From contig OX597833.1 of NCBI GenBank assembly GCA_951406725.2, positions 37,138,001 through 37,202,000 on the forward strand: a DNA stretch of 64,000 nt, read 5' to 3'. Each line of letters opens with the position of its first letter. Position 1 is the stretch's first letter. The notes under the pieces were generated by a model that saw nothing but the letters and a program-made list of their open reading frames with translations, was not told the origin of the DNA and did not search any database. Of this stretch, positions 1-11,950 are shown piece by piece. Source of the stretch: Octopus vulgaris. Lineage: Eukaryota. Made by a program: the position numbers and the translations under genes.

Positions 1-172
1 TGAAACTTCTCTAGTGATTCAACTATAAGAGCAAGGTCATCAACATAGAGGAGCTCCCAGGGACAGCCTGTCTTAAATTCCTCTTGTTATTGCCTGGAAG
101 ACTGTGATGATCAAGAGGGGCCTGAGCACCAATCCTTGGTGAACTCCTTCTTGTACTTTGAATTCTTCACTG
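1..172 (-). mobile_element. RTE-clade non-LTR retrotransposon, reverse-transcriptase fragment (frameshifted)
   Basis: The minus strand translates to EEFKVQEGVHQGLVLRPLLIITVFQAIT, then after a frameshift EFKTGCPWELLYVDDLALIVESLEKF. These match the RT QG..LSP and YADD motifs in RTE-type context. Runs off the window edge. Confidence 0.9.
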
Positions 173-1070
173 CACCTGTTGCCCAGTCTCACTTTACAAG
201 GCTTGTATGGTTTTCACCAACCTATTACATAATATGCTATTCCAAACATATTAAACACTGAGACAATTGTAAAATTGACAAGTTGTTAATAAGCTTGCCA
301 TAAGTCTGGTGGATAAACAACTACAATATTTCCCTCAGATTAAAGTTCCCTACTTATTTTGCCCCACTGTCTCATTAGCCTTAGACTCTAGTTTTTATCA
401 TGAGCAGTATGAAGCATCAATCATCAGACATCTTTCACCAAGTTTGCTATAGTAAGCCTCTGAATGTTCTAGCTTTATTTAGAGCTGTGTTCATTTTAAA
501 GCTCTTTACTGAATACACCTTAAATGTTGTCAGATTCTGGTTAAATTTTAAGATCTAAATTCCTCTACCACAAGAAGTACATATCCTTTCTGTTTCAATA
601 TACAATGTCACCCTGATGTTGCAGTTTGCATGAGATTGTTCATTCTGTTAACCTGATTGTGTGTGTGTGTTGAGTTTCAAACATTAATTCATTAAAGAAA
701 CAAGTATGTTTTACCAAAGTTCTAAATCTGATTTTGAAAATTCTCATCTATTAGAAATTTGTTCGTTAAAAGGTTAGTGATTGGCAAGACACGGACAGTT
801 ATTTGTTACTCCATCTAAAATAATATGATATTTTGAAAACTTACCTTTGCATAACATTTGTAATAATAAACCATTGATTTCTTGGACTTAGTAAATGGTT
901 TATACTATACTTACCTTGCAGTTATCTTCTTTTATCAAGATTTAGATCAGAGGAAAAACATTAGTGATGATTTTATTTTTGTGCAGCTTCTCCAAGACTT
1001 GTGGGAAAGGGAAGATAACTTGATATATTGAAGCAGCTTTTCAAGATAATGAGTTATCTTCAAGCTAGAG

Positions 1071-1216
1071 TAGTCACGGGCAACCTGTGGCCTACGGGAG
1101 TTCCTGAATGGCACACCTAGTGAAAAATTACCTTCTCTTTTGTTGATAATTTGGCCTGTCTGATAATGAGCCATGTTTTATGCAACCCACTTCTTGTAAA
1201 ATGTTGCCCATACCTG
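1071..1216. mobile_element. Degenerate hAT-like MITE
   Basis: Left end TAGTCACGGGCAACCTGTGGCC and right end ATGTTGCCCATACCTG are imperfect inverted repeats resembling CAGG..TGGGCAAC hAT termini. No clean TSD. Confidence 0.4.
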
Positions 1217-2620
1217 GACTATAGAATTGTTCCATATACTTGCCACAGAGTGGACTCTGCCAAAGACTAGTTTGTAGTGTTAAACCAAGCTTCACATTAG
1301 GCCTATCACTCCAGTTCTCATATCAATTTGAAGAACTACACCTGATTTATACTATAGCTATATTTTGATATGCTTTATACAATTATTTTCTTTGTTTTAT
1401 TATTTTTTTCATGAAGTATACCACATTTGCTTTAATGAATGCATAACTTATTTATTGAGGGAGTATCTAAATAGTTACTGAACTTGTTATTGGAGGATTA
1501 ACACTCCTCTAATAAAAAAAAAAAAAAAGTCAATTTGGGAACGTGTGTTGATTCCTAAATGGTAGAGTGCTAAAATGATTCTTGCAGTTACTTACAACTA
1601 TACTGAAAGTCTATTCAAGAAGTCCACTGTATCTTTTCAACAACTCATAACTTGCTGAAGTGTTAATTAAATGCAAGACACAGCCAATCATAATTTCTTT
1701 GATTTTCACCAAAACAGTTTGTTTTACAGTTTTCTCTATTTTTAGCACTTTATTTCCTCTTCTCATGAATTTGGGAAAGATTTTTGGCATTCTTTTTGTA
1801 TACATTTGCAATTAACATTTCTTGTATGCTTTCGTTAATCACTCTTACTGTATCATTAATTCAAAATCTGTGATTATTTGGTTAAACTATAGGTTCTATT
1901 CAAGGTTTTCACTGAGTAGAAATTTTAGTTTTTGATGATGGTACATTAAAAATTGGCTTTTTATTTTATAATCTAAGTATTTTATTCCTTACGGGTTCCA
2001 TTGGTTTTTATCATTAACTGAGTTTTTTTTTCTTATACATTATGATTAATACTTAGCTACAAACTTGTAACAGAAGGTTAAATTTTAAGTTGACAATTGT
2101 AGTGAATGATTCCTACTGAAATAGAAACCAATAAAATTTAAACTTCAGGAAATGCACCCAAATCATTTGTTTTAAAAGAATTAAATTTAGGAAGACTATA
2201 AATATGTAGAAAGTTAGGCACAGCTAGATGGAAGATATCTTGATAAAAGATTCCTCAAATGTTTTGAAACAAAATGGGAAGTATAATATGATAAAAATAT
2301 TTAAATTGAAGAGAAACATGAGTATGGTTTGAAATTAAACTTTAAGATTTCTAACTGATATTTTGTGAAATTAAGAAACTGGAAATTGTGACTAGTCAAC
2401 TATTAAGAATGGTCAACTGGTCATATTGGAGCTACCCCACTGCTTGTTTTTTTAATTTTAAACATCCCGTCAAGGGAATTTTGTCTTAATTGCTTGGATA
2501 ATTCTAATAGATCAAAGTTTTCAACTCACTATATTACACATAGAGACTACAAGATTTAAATTTAGTATACAGAATGCTCCCTAGAAGTATTTCCCCCTGC
2601 CATATTGTTGATATTTATAA

Positions 2621-2670
2621 TCTCTCTCTCTCTCTGTATGTATATGTGTGTGTGTGTGTGTGTATGTATA

Positions 2671-2750
<80 letters not shown>

Positions 2751-2821
2751 ATATATATATACATACATAATACATACATATACATATATATATATATACA
2801 CACACACACATATATATATAT

Positions 2822-2856
<35 letters not shown>

Positions 2857-2881
2857 CACATACATGCATACATATATATAT

Positions 2882-2912
<31 letters not shown>

Positions 2913-2970
2913 CACATACATGCATACATATATATGCATATATATATATATATATATATACACATACATG

Positions 2971-3015
<45 letters not shown>

Positions 3016-3234
3016 ATGCATACATATATATGCATACATATATATATATACATACATGCATACACATATATATATATACATACATGCATACATACATATA
3101 TATATATATATACATACATGCATACATATATATATATACACATGCATACATATATATATACATACATGCATACATATATATATACATACATGCATACATA
3201 TATATACATATACACACATACATGCATACATACG

Positions 3235-3287
<53 letters not shown>

Positions 3288-3300
3288 ACACACACATACA
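2621..3300. repeat. Compound microsatellite (CT)n/(GT)n/(TA)n/(CA)n with recurring TACATGCATACA sub-unit
   Basis: Directly visible. Explains all YI/HT/CV ORFs at 2574-3377. Confidence 0.98.
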
Positions 3301-3514
3301 TAATATCATTTTGTTTGAGTTGGATGAATATATTATTGAGACATTCTATTGCTAACCGTTACCTGTTTTTAGACTAAGTGATCTCTTAGTTCATGTGGCG
3401 TTGAAGGCATGAAGTAAGGGGATGGCTTGTTGACAGGGGAATTGACAACGCCACTTATATGTCACAATTTTCAGTGAAACAATTGGAAATGTAAACTCAC
3501 ACACACACACATAC

Positions 3515-3668
3515 CTTTTGAATTTCCATTCACCAAATCCACTCACAAGGCTTTGGTTGGCCCGAGGCTATAGTAGAAGACACTTGCCCAAGATGCCATG
3601 CAGTGGGACTGAACCCGGAACTATGTGGTTGGTAAGCAAGCTACTTACCACACAGCCACTCCTGCGCC
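3515..3668 (-). mobile_element. tRNA-headed SINE family A, 5' half
   Basis: Reverse complement begins GGCGCAGGAGTGGCTGTGTGGTAAG (A box) ... GGGTTCAGTCCC (B box) ... TTGGGCAAGTGTCTTCTACTATAGCC. Same family as 44996-45386. Confidence 0.9.
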
Positions 3669-3699
<31 letters not shown>

Positions 3700-3779
3700 C
3701 ATACATACACACACACACTCACATGATGGACTCTCCTGTCAAAGACAACATGTGGGCATTCAGCTTTTCTTGAACGATT

Positions 3780-4013
3780 TGCCCAAATGGTTTGTTTATA
3801 GTGATCAAATGTTAATGCCATACATTAACTCACTCTCTCCATCAAATCGATATTGTCTGAACACGTGCACGGTGTACCACGCGTCAGGTGTCGAAGGGAT
3901 CACAGAGCAACGTGAGATGAAGTGTTTTGCTCAAGAATGTAATGCACCACATGGTCTAGGAATTTAAATTACAATCTAGCGATTGTGAGTGCAGCACCCT
4001 AACCACTAAACCA
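3780..4013 (-). mobile_element. tRNA-headed SINE family D
   Basis: Reverse complement TGGTTTAGTGGTTAGGGTGCTGCACTCACAATC ... TTGAGCAAAACACTTCATCTCACGTTGCTC. Head and central domain are shared with 51005-51245 and 61695-61850. Confidence 0.75.
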
Positions 4014-4031
4014 CTCTCTTGTTATATATGC

Positions 4032-4069
<38 letters not shown>

Positions 4070-4591
4070 ATTTTCTCTTCTGTGAAAATATCTGGCCAAG
4101 GGAAAATTCTACTTTAATGAATTCTGTTTGACCCAGGCAAGCATGGAAAAGTTGACACTAAAATCTTGTGTATACCTAGATTAAATACTTTAGACACTGA
4201 TTCAATAATTGTTTTGCTTTAAATGTCTAAGATGAATTGTTATTATAACTATAGTTTTTATCTTTTAAGTTGATGTCAAAGGCTGAACTTACTCATTAGA
4301 TTATCCACTTGCATTATGTATTGCTTCTCTATCATTTATGGAAATTTGATTAGGTAGTGGTGTATTTTCCTTTCTCATACCATATGTTTTCAGATGTAAA
4401 TGTCATCTTTGGATCCTATAATTTCTTGCTAATTTTCGTATATGCATTAGCTCTGATTGAGCAGATCTATGGTAAAAAACAGAGATTTGGTTGCTATTTT
4501 TTTGCAGACTGATTGTTCACATAGACACTCTCTATTGTCTTGAAAACACCCCTAAGTTTACCTTATGTATTGAAGAAATTTAGCTTGGTTC

Positions 4592-4954
4592 ATTCTTTTA
4601 CTTGTTTCAGTCATTTGACTGTAGCCATGCTGAGGCATTACCTTGAAGGATTTTAGTCAGTCAAATCAATGCCAGGACTTATTTTTTAAGCCTAGTACTT
4701 ATTTTATTGGTTCATTTGCTGAACTGCTAAGTTACAAAGATGTAACCACACCAACACTGGTTGTCAAGCAGTTATAGGTGGACACACACACATACATGAC
4801 TTACTTGTTTCAGTTTCTGTCTACCAAATCCATTCACAAGGCTTTGGTTGGCCTGAGGTTTTAGTAGAAAACACTTAACTAAGGTGCCACGTAGTAGGAC
4901 TGAACACGGAACCATGTGGTTGGGAAGCAAGCTTCACACAGCCATGCTTGCCCC
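4592..4954 (-). mobile_element. SINE family A, near full length, diverged
   Basis: Begins with the family tail TCTTTTACTTGTTTCAGTCATTTGACTG and ends with the tRNA-like head. Central (CA)n. Confidence 0.9.
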
Positions 4955-5008
4955 TTATATATTTTGATTCAGTAAATATTACACATAAACTTTGACAAGT
5001 TAGGAGAC

Positions 5009-5481
5009 TACAGTTCTATATTTAAGAGATGATGAATTATGTACATTATTTACAATTGACGGATATTTGTCCTCATCTTGTTTGTTGTTTACAAACATTT
5101 CGGCTGATATATCCTCCAGCCTTCATCAGGTGTCTTGTGGAAATTTCGAACCTGGGTTCTCATTCCTAAGGTAATTTTTGGTGTTGTTGTTATTATTATT
5201 ATTATTCAGGTCACTGCCCGGAATCAAACTTGGAATCTTGGGGTTAGTAGCCCGCACTCTTAACCCCAAGATTCCGAGTTCAATTCCAGGCAGTGACCTG
5301 AATAATAATAATAATAATTATTATAACAACAACAACATCGAAAAATACCTTAGGAATGAGAACCCAGGTTCAAATTTTCTCCAAGACACCTGATGAAGGC
5401 TGAAGGGTATATCAGCTGAAATGTTTGTTAACAACAAACAAGATGAGGACAAATACCTGTCAGTTGTAAATAATATAAATA
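5009..5481. mobile_element. Fold-back (palindromic) non-autonomous retroelement: tRNA-like head + (AAT)n + Penelope-type tail with hammerhead core, 12-bp TSD
   Basis: Arms ~5037-5246 and 5261-~5482 are inverted repeats around a 14-nt loop. Flanked by the exact direct repeat AAGTTAGGAGAC (4997-5008, 5482-5493). B box GTTCAATTCC at 5278-5287. CTGATGA-A-GGCTG..CAGCY-GAAA occurs in both arms. Confidence 0.85.
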
Positions 5482-5570
5482 AAGTTAGGAGACATTTAAT
5501 AATTGTATTTCTGTGCCATTTTATTGGATTGTTTTATGCAGGTTTGATAATTCTTTTTTTCTGTATTCAG

Positions 5571-5601
5571 AGCTTCTGTTGACTTAGAGGCAGTGAAAAA
5601 T
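5571..5601 (+). other. Candidate 31-nt micro-exon
   Basis: Acceptor TTCTTTTTTTCTGTATTCAG| and donor AAT|GTGAGT. One open frame (ASVDLEAVKN). No transcript evidence. Confidence 0.4.
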
Positions 5602-7716
5602 GTGAGTTGTGGTGTTTATGCTTTTCCAAATTCATATGTGATATAAATTAAGTGAAGTTGCTATAGCTTCAAATTGATTCAAGTTTTGCCTTTAAGCAAG
5701 CTAGTGGCTTACTTCTAGGCTATAGTAGTCGCTGTTCTCCTAACAGGTTAAGATAATTTATCTCAGAGTAGTTTTTATATTTCTACAAAGTTTCAATTTA
5801 TATCAGTTTAGAATATTGACATTATACATAACATTACTCTAGCCAAAAAGCAATTAACCACTTCTCCCACCAATAACTCTCAGTCACTAGCTGTAATTTT
5901 GTTTTACCTTTATTGCAAGTGCTTTAGAATTCATTTTCTCTCCTACTTGAAGTCTAAACACCTCCATTCTTTTTCAAGAGTTGAGTACATCTTTGAAATG
6001 CTTTACTTATACTAATGTATTCAGCTCTCCTTCACTATGAATATGTCTTCAGTTCTTTTTGGAATGCATTGGAAAAAATTATTGAACGTTTATTGAAATG
6101 AGACAATATTGTATGTTTGTAAACCAATTTACAGTTCAGTTTGTTACCATTTAATCTAATCTTGAGAGACTACAATAAAGTTATCAAATTCTAAGATAAT
6201 GAGATAGATTTCTGTATAAGGTAACTGTTATATTTTATATGTATGTATTTGTATGATGTTAAAATGTGTGAAAAGCAGTTACTGTAAGGTCAAAGTTTTA
6301 GGACTGCTGACTATATGACCATAATTATTTAGACTGTTGTTCTAATTATATAACTGTAAAAGCTTCCTCAAATCATCTCAGCCCTACAAGCACACTGTGT
6401 CCATCACTTTTTAAAGTTGGTTTTAAAATGGTCTTGGACTGGAGTAAGGTCTGTGCTTATCATGTTCACAGGTCTCTGAGAGTAGTAAAACTGATCAAGT
6501 GGATGTTCAGGTTAAATACCTGCAAGTGGACATATGTTGGAAAGGTATTCCAAAGAAGAGAAATCTCAAGAAGGAGGGATCAACATAATCATTAGTGCAA
6601 AACTTGGGAGTGGAGATAGAATGAGTGAACGATTGGTATGTTAAATGGAAGTGTTATGTAAATAGCTACCTCTGGGGAGTAGAGCCAGTTATAGTAGCAG
6701 AAGAAAAAACAGAATGAAGAGATATTACATTTGTGGGAAAGAAGTTGTAGTGATAGAAATATTTATTGACTTAGAAGGCTACATTCTGGAATACAGTTTT
6801 TGCTGTTATGAATTTGAGATTTCCAGAAGAGATCACAAATGGCTATGAGGTTTTGTATTATTAGTGACTATAAATTGCATGCTATACATAACTTGAGAGA
6901 GTTAACCAAAAGTTGGTTACTTTGATATGTGCATTGATTGTGTTGCTGAGACCTTTTTCTGTTGAAGAATGTTTTTAAGGTTTCTGTTCATGGCAATAAT
7001 GAGGGTTTGATGCGAGATGCCTTAGTTGCATATGCAGAAGGTTATGGAACCGTGAAGAATGGTATTATCTGCATAAGTATTATCATTGTTGGAGGTGATG
7101 TGAAATAGGTTGCATCTGCAGGAGGAAGAGCGTGAGTGACATAATTGAGCTTTAGGATTCATCATAAAGGCTAGTTGAGTAGAACCAAAGGCAGGTAGTT
7201 TACTGATATAGTCAACAATCTGCTTGATTACACAAGATAATAAATGTGAAAATATGTGTGCATACGTGTTAACTCACAGTTTTATTTATGTATCATTGCT
7301 GTACTAATGAATATATATATATTAGTTAACCATTATATTACTTGTAATGCAATATTTGGCATACTTTTCTTGTCCGTGGTGATATCTTTTGTATAAGCGA
7401 CAATATGAGCATATTAAATAACTCTCAAATCAATTTAATACAATAAATGAACACATGGATGTACATATACATACACACATTCACTTACTCACCACATTTT
7501 GGGCTTTTAATTCTTTTATACTTATTGCAAACCATTTTGATTTAGAAAATATAATTATTGTTGGTGAAGTGTGTTTAGGGTAGTTACATTGAAAATTTGG
7601 TGGGAAAAGAAGATATTAGATTTGCTATCTTGGCTACAAAATGTCTTCAATAAAGGTAGACTAAGATGCATGCATAAGATATCTACAGTTTATCTGCAGC
7701 AATTGATGAAGAATTT

Positions 7717-7717
<1 letters not shown>

Positions 7718-7759
<42 letters not shown>
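7718..7759. repeat. (TG)n(AG)n microsatellite
   Basis: Directly visible. Confidence 0.95.
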
Positions 7760-8710
7760 TGTTTTTGATAAAACATCAATATATACAGGAAAGGAATTTT
7801 TCTATTAGTCTGAATAGTACTCTCCCTATAACTTCATCTGAACAATCTAGGCCTAGGATAGGATTAAATAGATGAGGCTAAAGCATATTACTGGTTGTGG
7901 AAATAATATGGATAGGAAGAGCCACAGAGAGATGCAGATTGCTGTTAGAATATAGATAAATGTGTTAGCTGAGAGTACTGGTGATAGTAGAAGTTATAGG
8001 AAAATGTGAATAGATGCTAAATCTGCTTGAGTTTCACACATAAAATGACTAGATTGAGACATATAGAGAGATGTATTGTTGACCTTTTTGATTGATGTCA
8101 GTATGATAAAACAAATGTTAACAACAATTATGATGCAAGTTATAAATTTCTGAATTTGGCTAAAGAACACACTATATACAACATTTCAAAGATTTAACAG
8201 TATATGTGTGAAATATCTCATTTAGCAATAGTGAATATTTGATAAGATGATATAAAAAATTGATTAAAATGTATACTTGAAAATGAAAATTCTTGAATTT
8301 AAAAGCTGAATTGCAAACCTTAAATTGCTTGTGCTGAAACTGAAATTAATTTTTACTAAAATCCATCTATTTGAATTTATATATTTTTCATATTTAAAAT
8401 TGTTTTTATATGACAATTAAAATTTAATATATATATGAGATATATGTATAAATTTCATTGAAATTACATGTAACATGATAAAAAAGTTAACATAATTATC
8501 ATATTTTGGGTGCATTTGAGATTTTGTTTTTTATCATTATGTGAAATGAAATTATTGATTCACTATTTCAAAAAATATCTGTTTTTATGCAGTTTCTGAT
8601 GTCATTTTGTAAAAATTTGTTTCATTAAGTCAAAAGATTAATTTAGATTTGTATTTTTGCTGAAAAATTATTTTGAATCAATATTTACAATTACAATTGT
8701 TTATTTACAG

Positions 8711-8769
8711 GTAGCCAAAATACAAAATATCAACCTGTCAAGCGAGAAGTAATTTAAGGAACTTATCAG
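8711..8769 (+). other. Candidate short exon (terminal coding or UTR)
   Basis: Acceptor TTGTTTATTTACAG| and possible donor CAG|GTAAAT. All three frames contain a stop (VAKIQNINLSSEK* or SQNTKYQPVKREVI*). Confidence 0.3.
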
Positions 8770-8789
8770 GTAAATTCTATATTGATTTC

Positions 8790-8985
8790 AAGGCTAGTAA
8801 TTTTGGGTGAGGGTGGTAAGTCAATTATATTGACTCCAATATTCAACTGGTACTTATTTTATCAACCCTGAAAGGGATGGAAGTCAAAGTCAACCACAGT
8901 GGAATCTGGACTTAGAATGTAAAAACAGACAAAATGCCAGTAAAGATTTTGCTTGACATGCTAACAGTTCTGCTAGCTCGCTAGT
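8790..8985 (-). mobile_element. Nin-domain SINE family B, diverged
   Basis: AACTGGTACTTATTTTATCAACCCTGAAAGGGATGG..GTCAACC matches the reverse complement of the units at 25325-27150. Confidence 0.8.
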
Positions 8986-10779
8986 TCTTAATTGATAAAA
9001 AAATTTACTTTGCAATATGAGTGCAGTCATGGTTGGGTGGTTAAGAAGGTTGAGTTTTTAATCCCCCTGCATGGCACTTTCAGCAGATGTCTTTTACCCA
9101 TAAACTTGGGACCAGTATCTTGTGGGTGAAATTCAGTTTACAAAAACTACAGAAGACCATCGTGTGTGTGTGTGTGTCTTTTGTCAATGTTTATTGGAGA
9201 AGGATGTAAACATTGACAAGGAAACCAAAATTCTGGTGCTTTTAAATTAAAACTCTCTGCTATTTGTTCTGCACTGGATTACACCTCTTTCTCACTTTGA
9301 CTATCAGAAATGCAGTGATTGATCTGTTGGGAACTTTTAACAAACACAACCAAGAATGTTTGTCAGTTGTGATTCAAAATAAATAAAAATAACATAATAT
9401 AGGTTGCTTATATAAACATATTCTTGGGGTAAATTTGACTGTTAAGAGAGATAATATTAGGTGAAGAAAGAAGTCCTTAACTGAATTTTGGTAATTCATA
9501 AACTTTGGTTTCAGACTACCATGATTAACTTTTTTTTTAATATCTTTGGAAATAGAATAAGCTGGGTTCTCCCCCCACCCGCAGTATACTAGAATCACTT
9601 GTTGAGAGCTTTTACCATCTTGGGATATATTTGTTATAGCTTAGGTTACACTGAAATAATCTATACAAAATCTGTCAGTTTTAGCTGGGGGGTTTTTTTT
9701 GCTACCAGTGTGTAAAAATACTAAACAAAAGAAGCAAACATAATAAAAAAAATCTAGACCCTCTTTTCAAAATCCTAATTCATTATTATATATTCTATAA
9801 CAAATTTATATTAAGTAAGGTTGTACATACTGGTAAAATTTGTTTAATATTGAAATACTATGCCAAACATTAAATATGTTTCTGTGATTTGCTTCTGAAG
9901 ACAGCCTTGATGACACTAGTCCACTTAAAGTACATCATTACTTTATGCCAAATAATAATCAATAAATTAATATTCCTGTGTTGCTGGACTATGGACAAGG
10001 CACATAACTCTGCTTGCTTCAGCCTGCCTGGTTAACAAACAGGTTACACTGTTTAACAATCAAATAAGTAATAATAAGCAGATTCAGCTTTGAAAACAAT
10101 TGTGATAGAATATGCAAACATATACATTCTATCATGGAAAACTAAAATTAAGTAAATAAGAAAAAGGATAATAAATTACTACAGGATTCAAATAACAATG
10201 ATTAATTAATTATATTTGAATTTTGAATTAATTGGTCAGTTGTAAACATATATTGAAATGGAATGGAAAATGATAGTTGAGTTATTAGAATTAGTGTCAC
10301 TATGTGTCTGTACTAAATTATTTCACTCCCAAATAGTCCAGTTTATATAACTACCACTGGGCAAGAAAGTTATTTCTGTAAACATTTACAGCATTGAAAA
10401 AGTGTTTCATTAGCTTGTAGGGTAGATTTAGAAAAGGATTGCCTGTAGATGTTTCTTTTCCTAAAATACTACTTGATAAAATATTCAATAGTATCTCTAC
10501 TGATACTATGTGACCTCCTGATATTTGCATTACAAAATATTTTTGTCATTTACTTATACTTTTATAGTATGTTTTTGTTTTCGAATTTTCATCAGCCTTT
10601 AAAACAACTTAACTGTTCTGTTCTTTAAATTTACATTTAAATTCACTTTTCTAAAAATTTCTTTAGTAGATCTTGTGTTCATCTTTTGTTTTTGCTGATC
10701 TATACTTTACAGATAGGCCCATGTATTTCTTAAGAGAATTTTAAAATCATTGATGTTTTCTTCACTGGTATTAGTTGGC

Positions 10780-11950
10780 TTCGAGCACAAAGATTAACTG
10801 TTTCACTGTTGCGTTAACTTTTATTTCTGTATGGTTGTCTCTTTTTGATTTTACGTCACCAAATTAATTTCGCTGAGAATATATAAATCAGTGCACTGAC
10901 GTTGTCTTGCAAGTAGCCTTAATATTTATTTTAAGATATTTCAGGGTCAAAATTGAGAAGGGACATAACTCCAAAGAAAATATTGTGCCACTGCTAATTT
11001 TCATAATTTGATTGCATTTGCGATTCTTTAATGTTTATTTAGAAGTATTGAGGTATTTTTAAAATGCATTATATTGTCTTTTTAAATAACATAAGCACGT
11101 GTTCGTCTGCATAATTATATCAGATTAGTCGCTCTATTTCATCTTTCACCTTTTTATATTCTTCACATTTTAACTTAAATAATAGGATTAAAATTTGGTA
11201 AAAAAAATGCGATACTAGTAAACCTGAACTTTTATTTTCTTTGTGTAGTTAATCTTGGCGCCAATATAATTATTTATTTAGTAACATTGAAATTTATTTT
11301 ATATTCAGATAATGGCACGAAGAGACATTTATTTTGTGTGTGTGCGTGTGTATATATGTGTGTGTGTGATATACTTGTTTCACTAAATGAATTTTAGCAC
11401 TTCAAATCATAATACACTAAAAATTGAAGACAATAGAAAATTAAGTAGTGAAGGGACATAACTCTGTTTACGAACTGTCAACTTCCTGTCGTTGTCTGAA
11501 TTTGGAAATCGATAACGTTACTCAATAACATTAATTCGCGTGTGCGCGTATTTAAAGGTATTTTCATATGAAGAAATATATTTCTTATAATCACTTTAAT
11601 TATTAAGTTTTATCAAATACTGAATTTAATGTATCCATGATAAAACTAGTATAAATGAACTGCTTATTACTCATACATACAATAACATTCGTGTCAAAGC
11701 ATTTTTTAAAAAGGAAGACACGACGGTCGTCTTCATCGGTAACATTTATAGTGATAGAATAATGGTGTAATATTTAAATAAAAGCGAGCTATTGTGAATT
11801 ATAATGTGTTTTTCTTAATATTTAAAAAAAATACTTGAGTAATTCTTTTAAACATATTCATGAAGCTCAGATATATAACGAATTGAGATATTAATGAATT
11901 ACGGTTAGGATTCGGTATTATTTTTTTTAAAAAAACGTAATATTAAAAAG
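10780..11950. promoter_or_regulatory. CpG-retaining, transposon-free segment; candidate promoter
   Basis: About 30 CpG by eye in ~1.2 kb, against very few in the flanks. Contains TTACGTCA (CRE-like, ~10851), the palindrome TTGGCGCCAA (E2F-like, 11255-11264) and ACTTCCTG (ETS-like, ~11481). Confidence 0.5.

Noticed and set aside
698-1030. Possible + strand exons 698-772 and 922-1030 in a continuous frame, and two perfect minus-strand donors (AAG|GTAAGT) at ~844 and ~914
   Set aside because: Weak first acceptor, unrecognisable peptide and conflicting strands. Cannot be distinguished from chance in AT-rich DNA.
2574-3377. Long ORFs (163-267 aa) in several frames
   Set aside because: YI/HT/CV dipeptide translations of a stop-free microsatellite.
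4394-4471. Open, hydrophobic exon-like stretch after TTTTCAG
   Set aside because: Runs into a dispersed repeat also seen near 28740 and 55130, and the donor is weak.
6420-6660. Purine-rich stretch resembling a decayed LINE end
   Set aside because: No motif could be translated convincingly.
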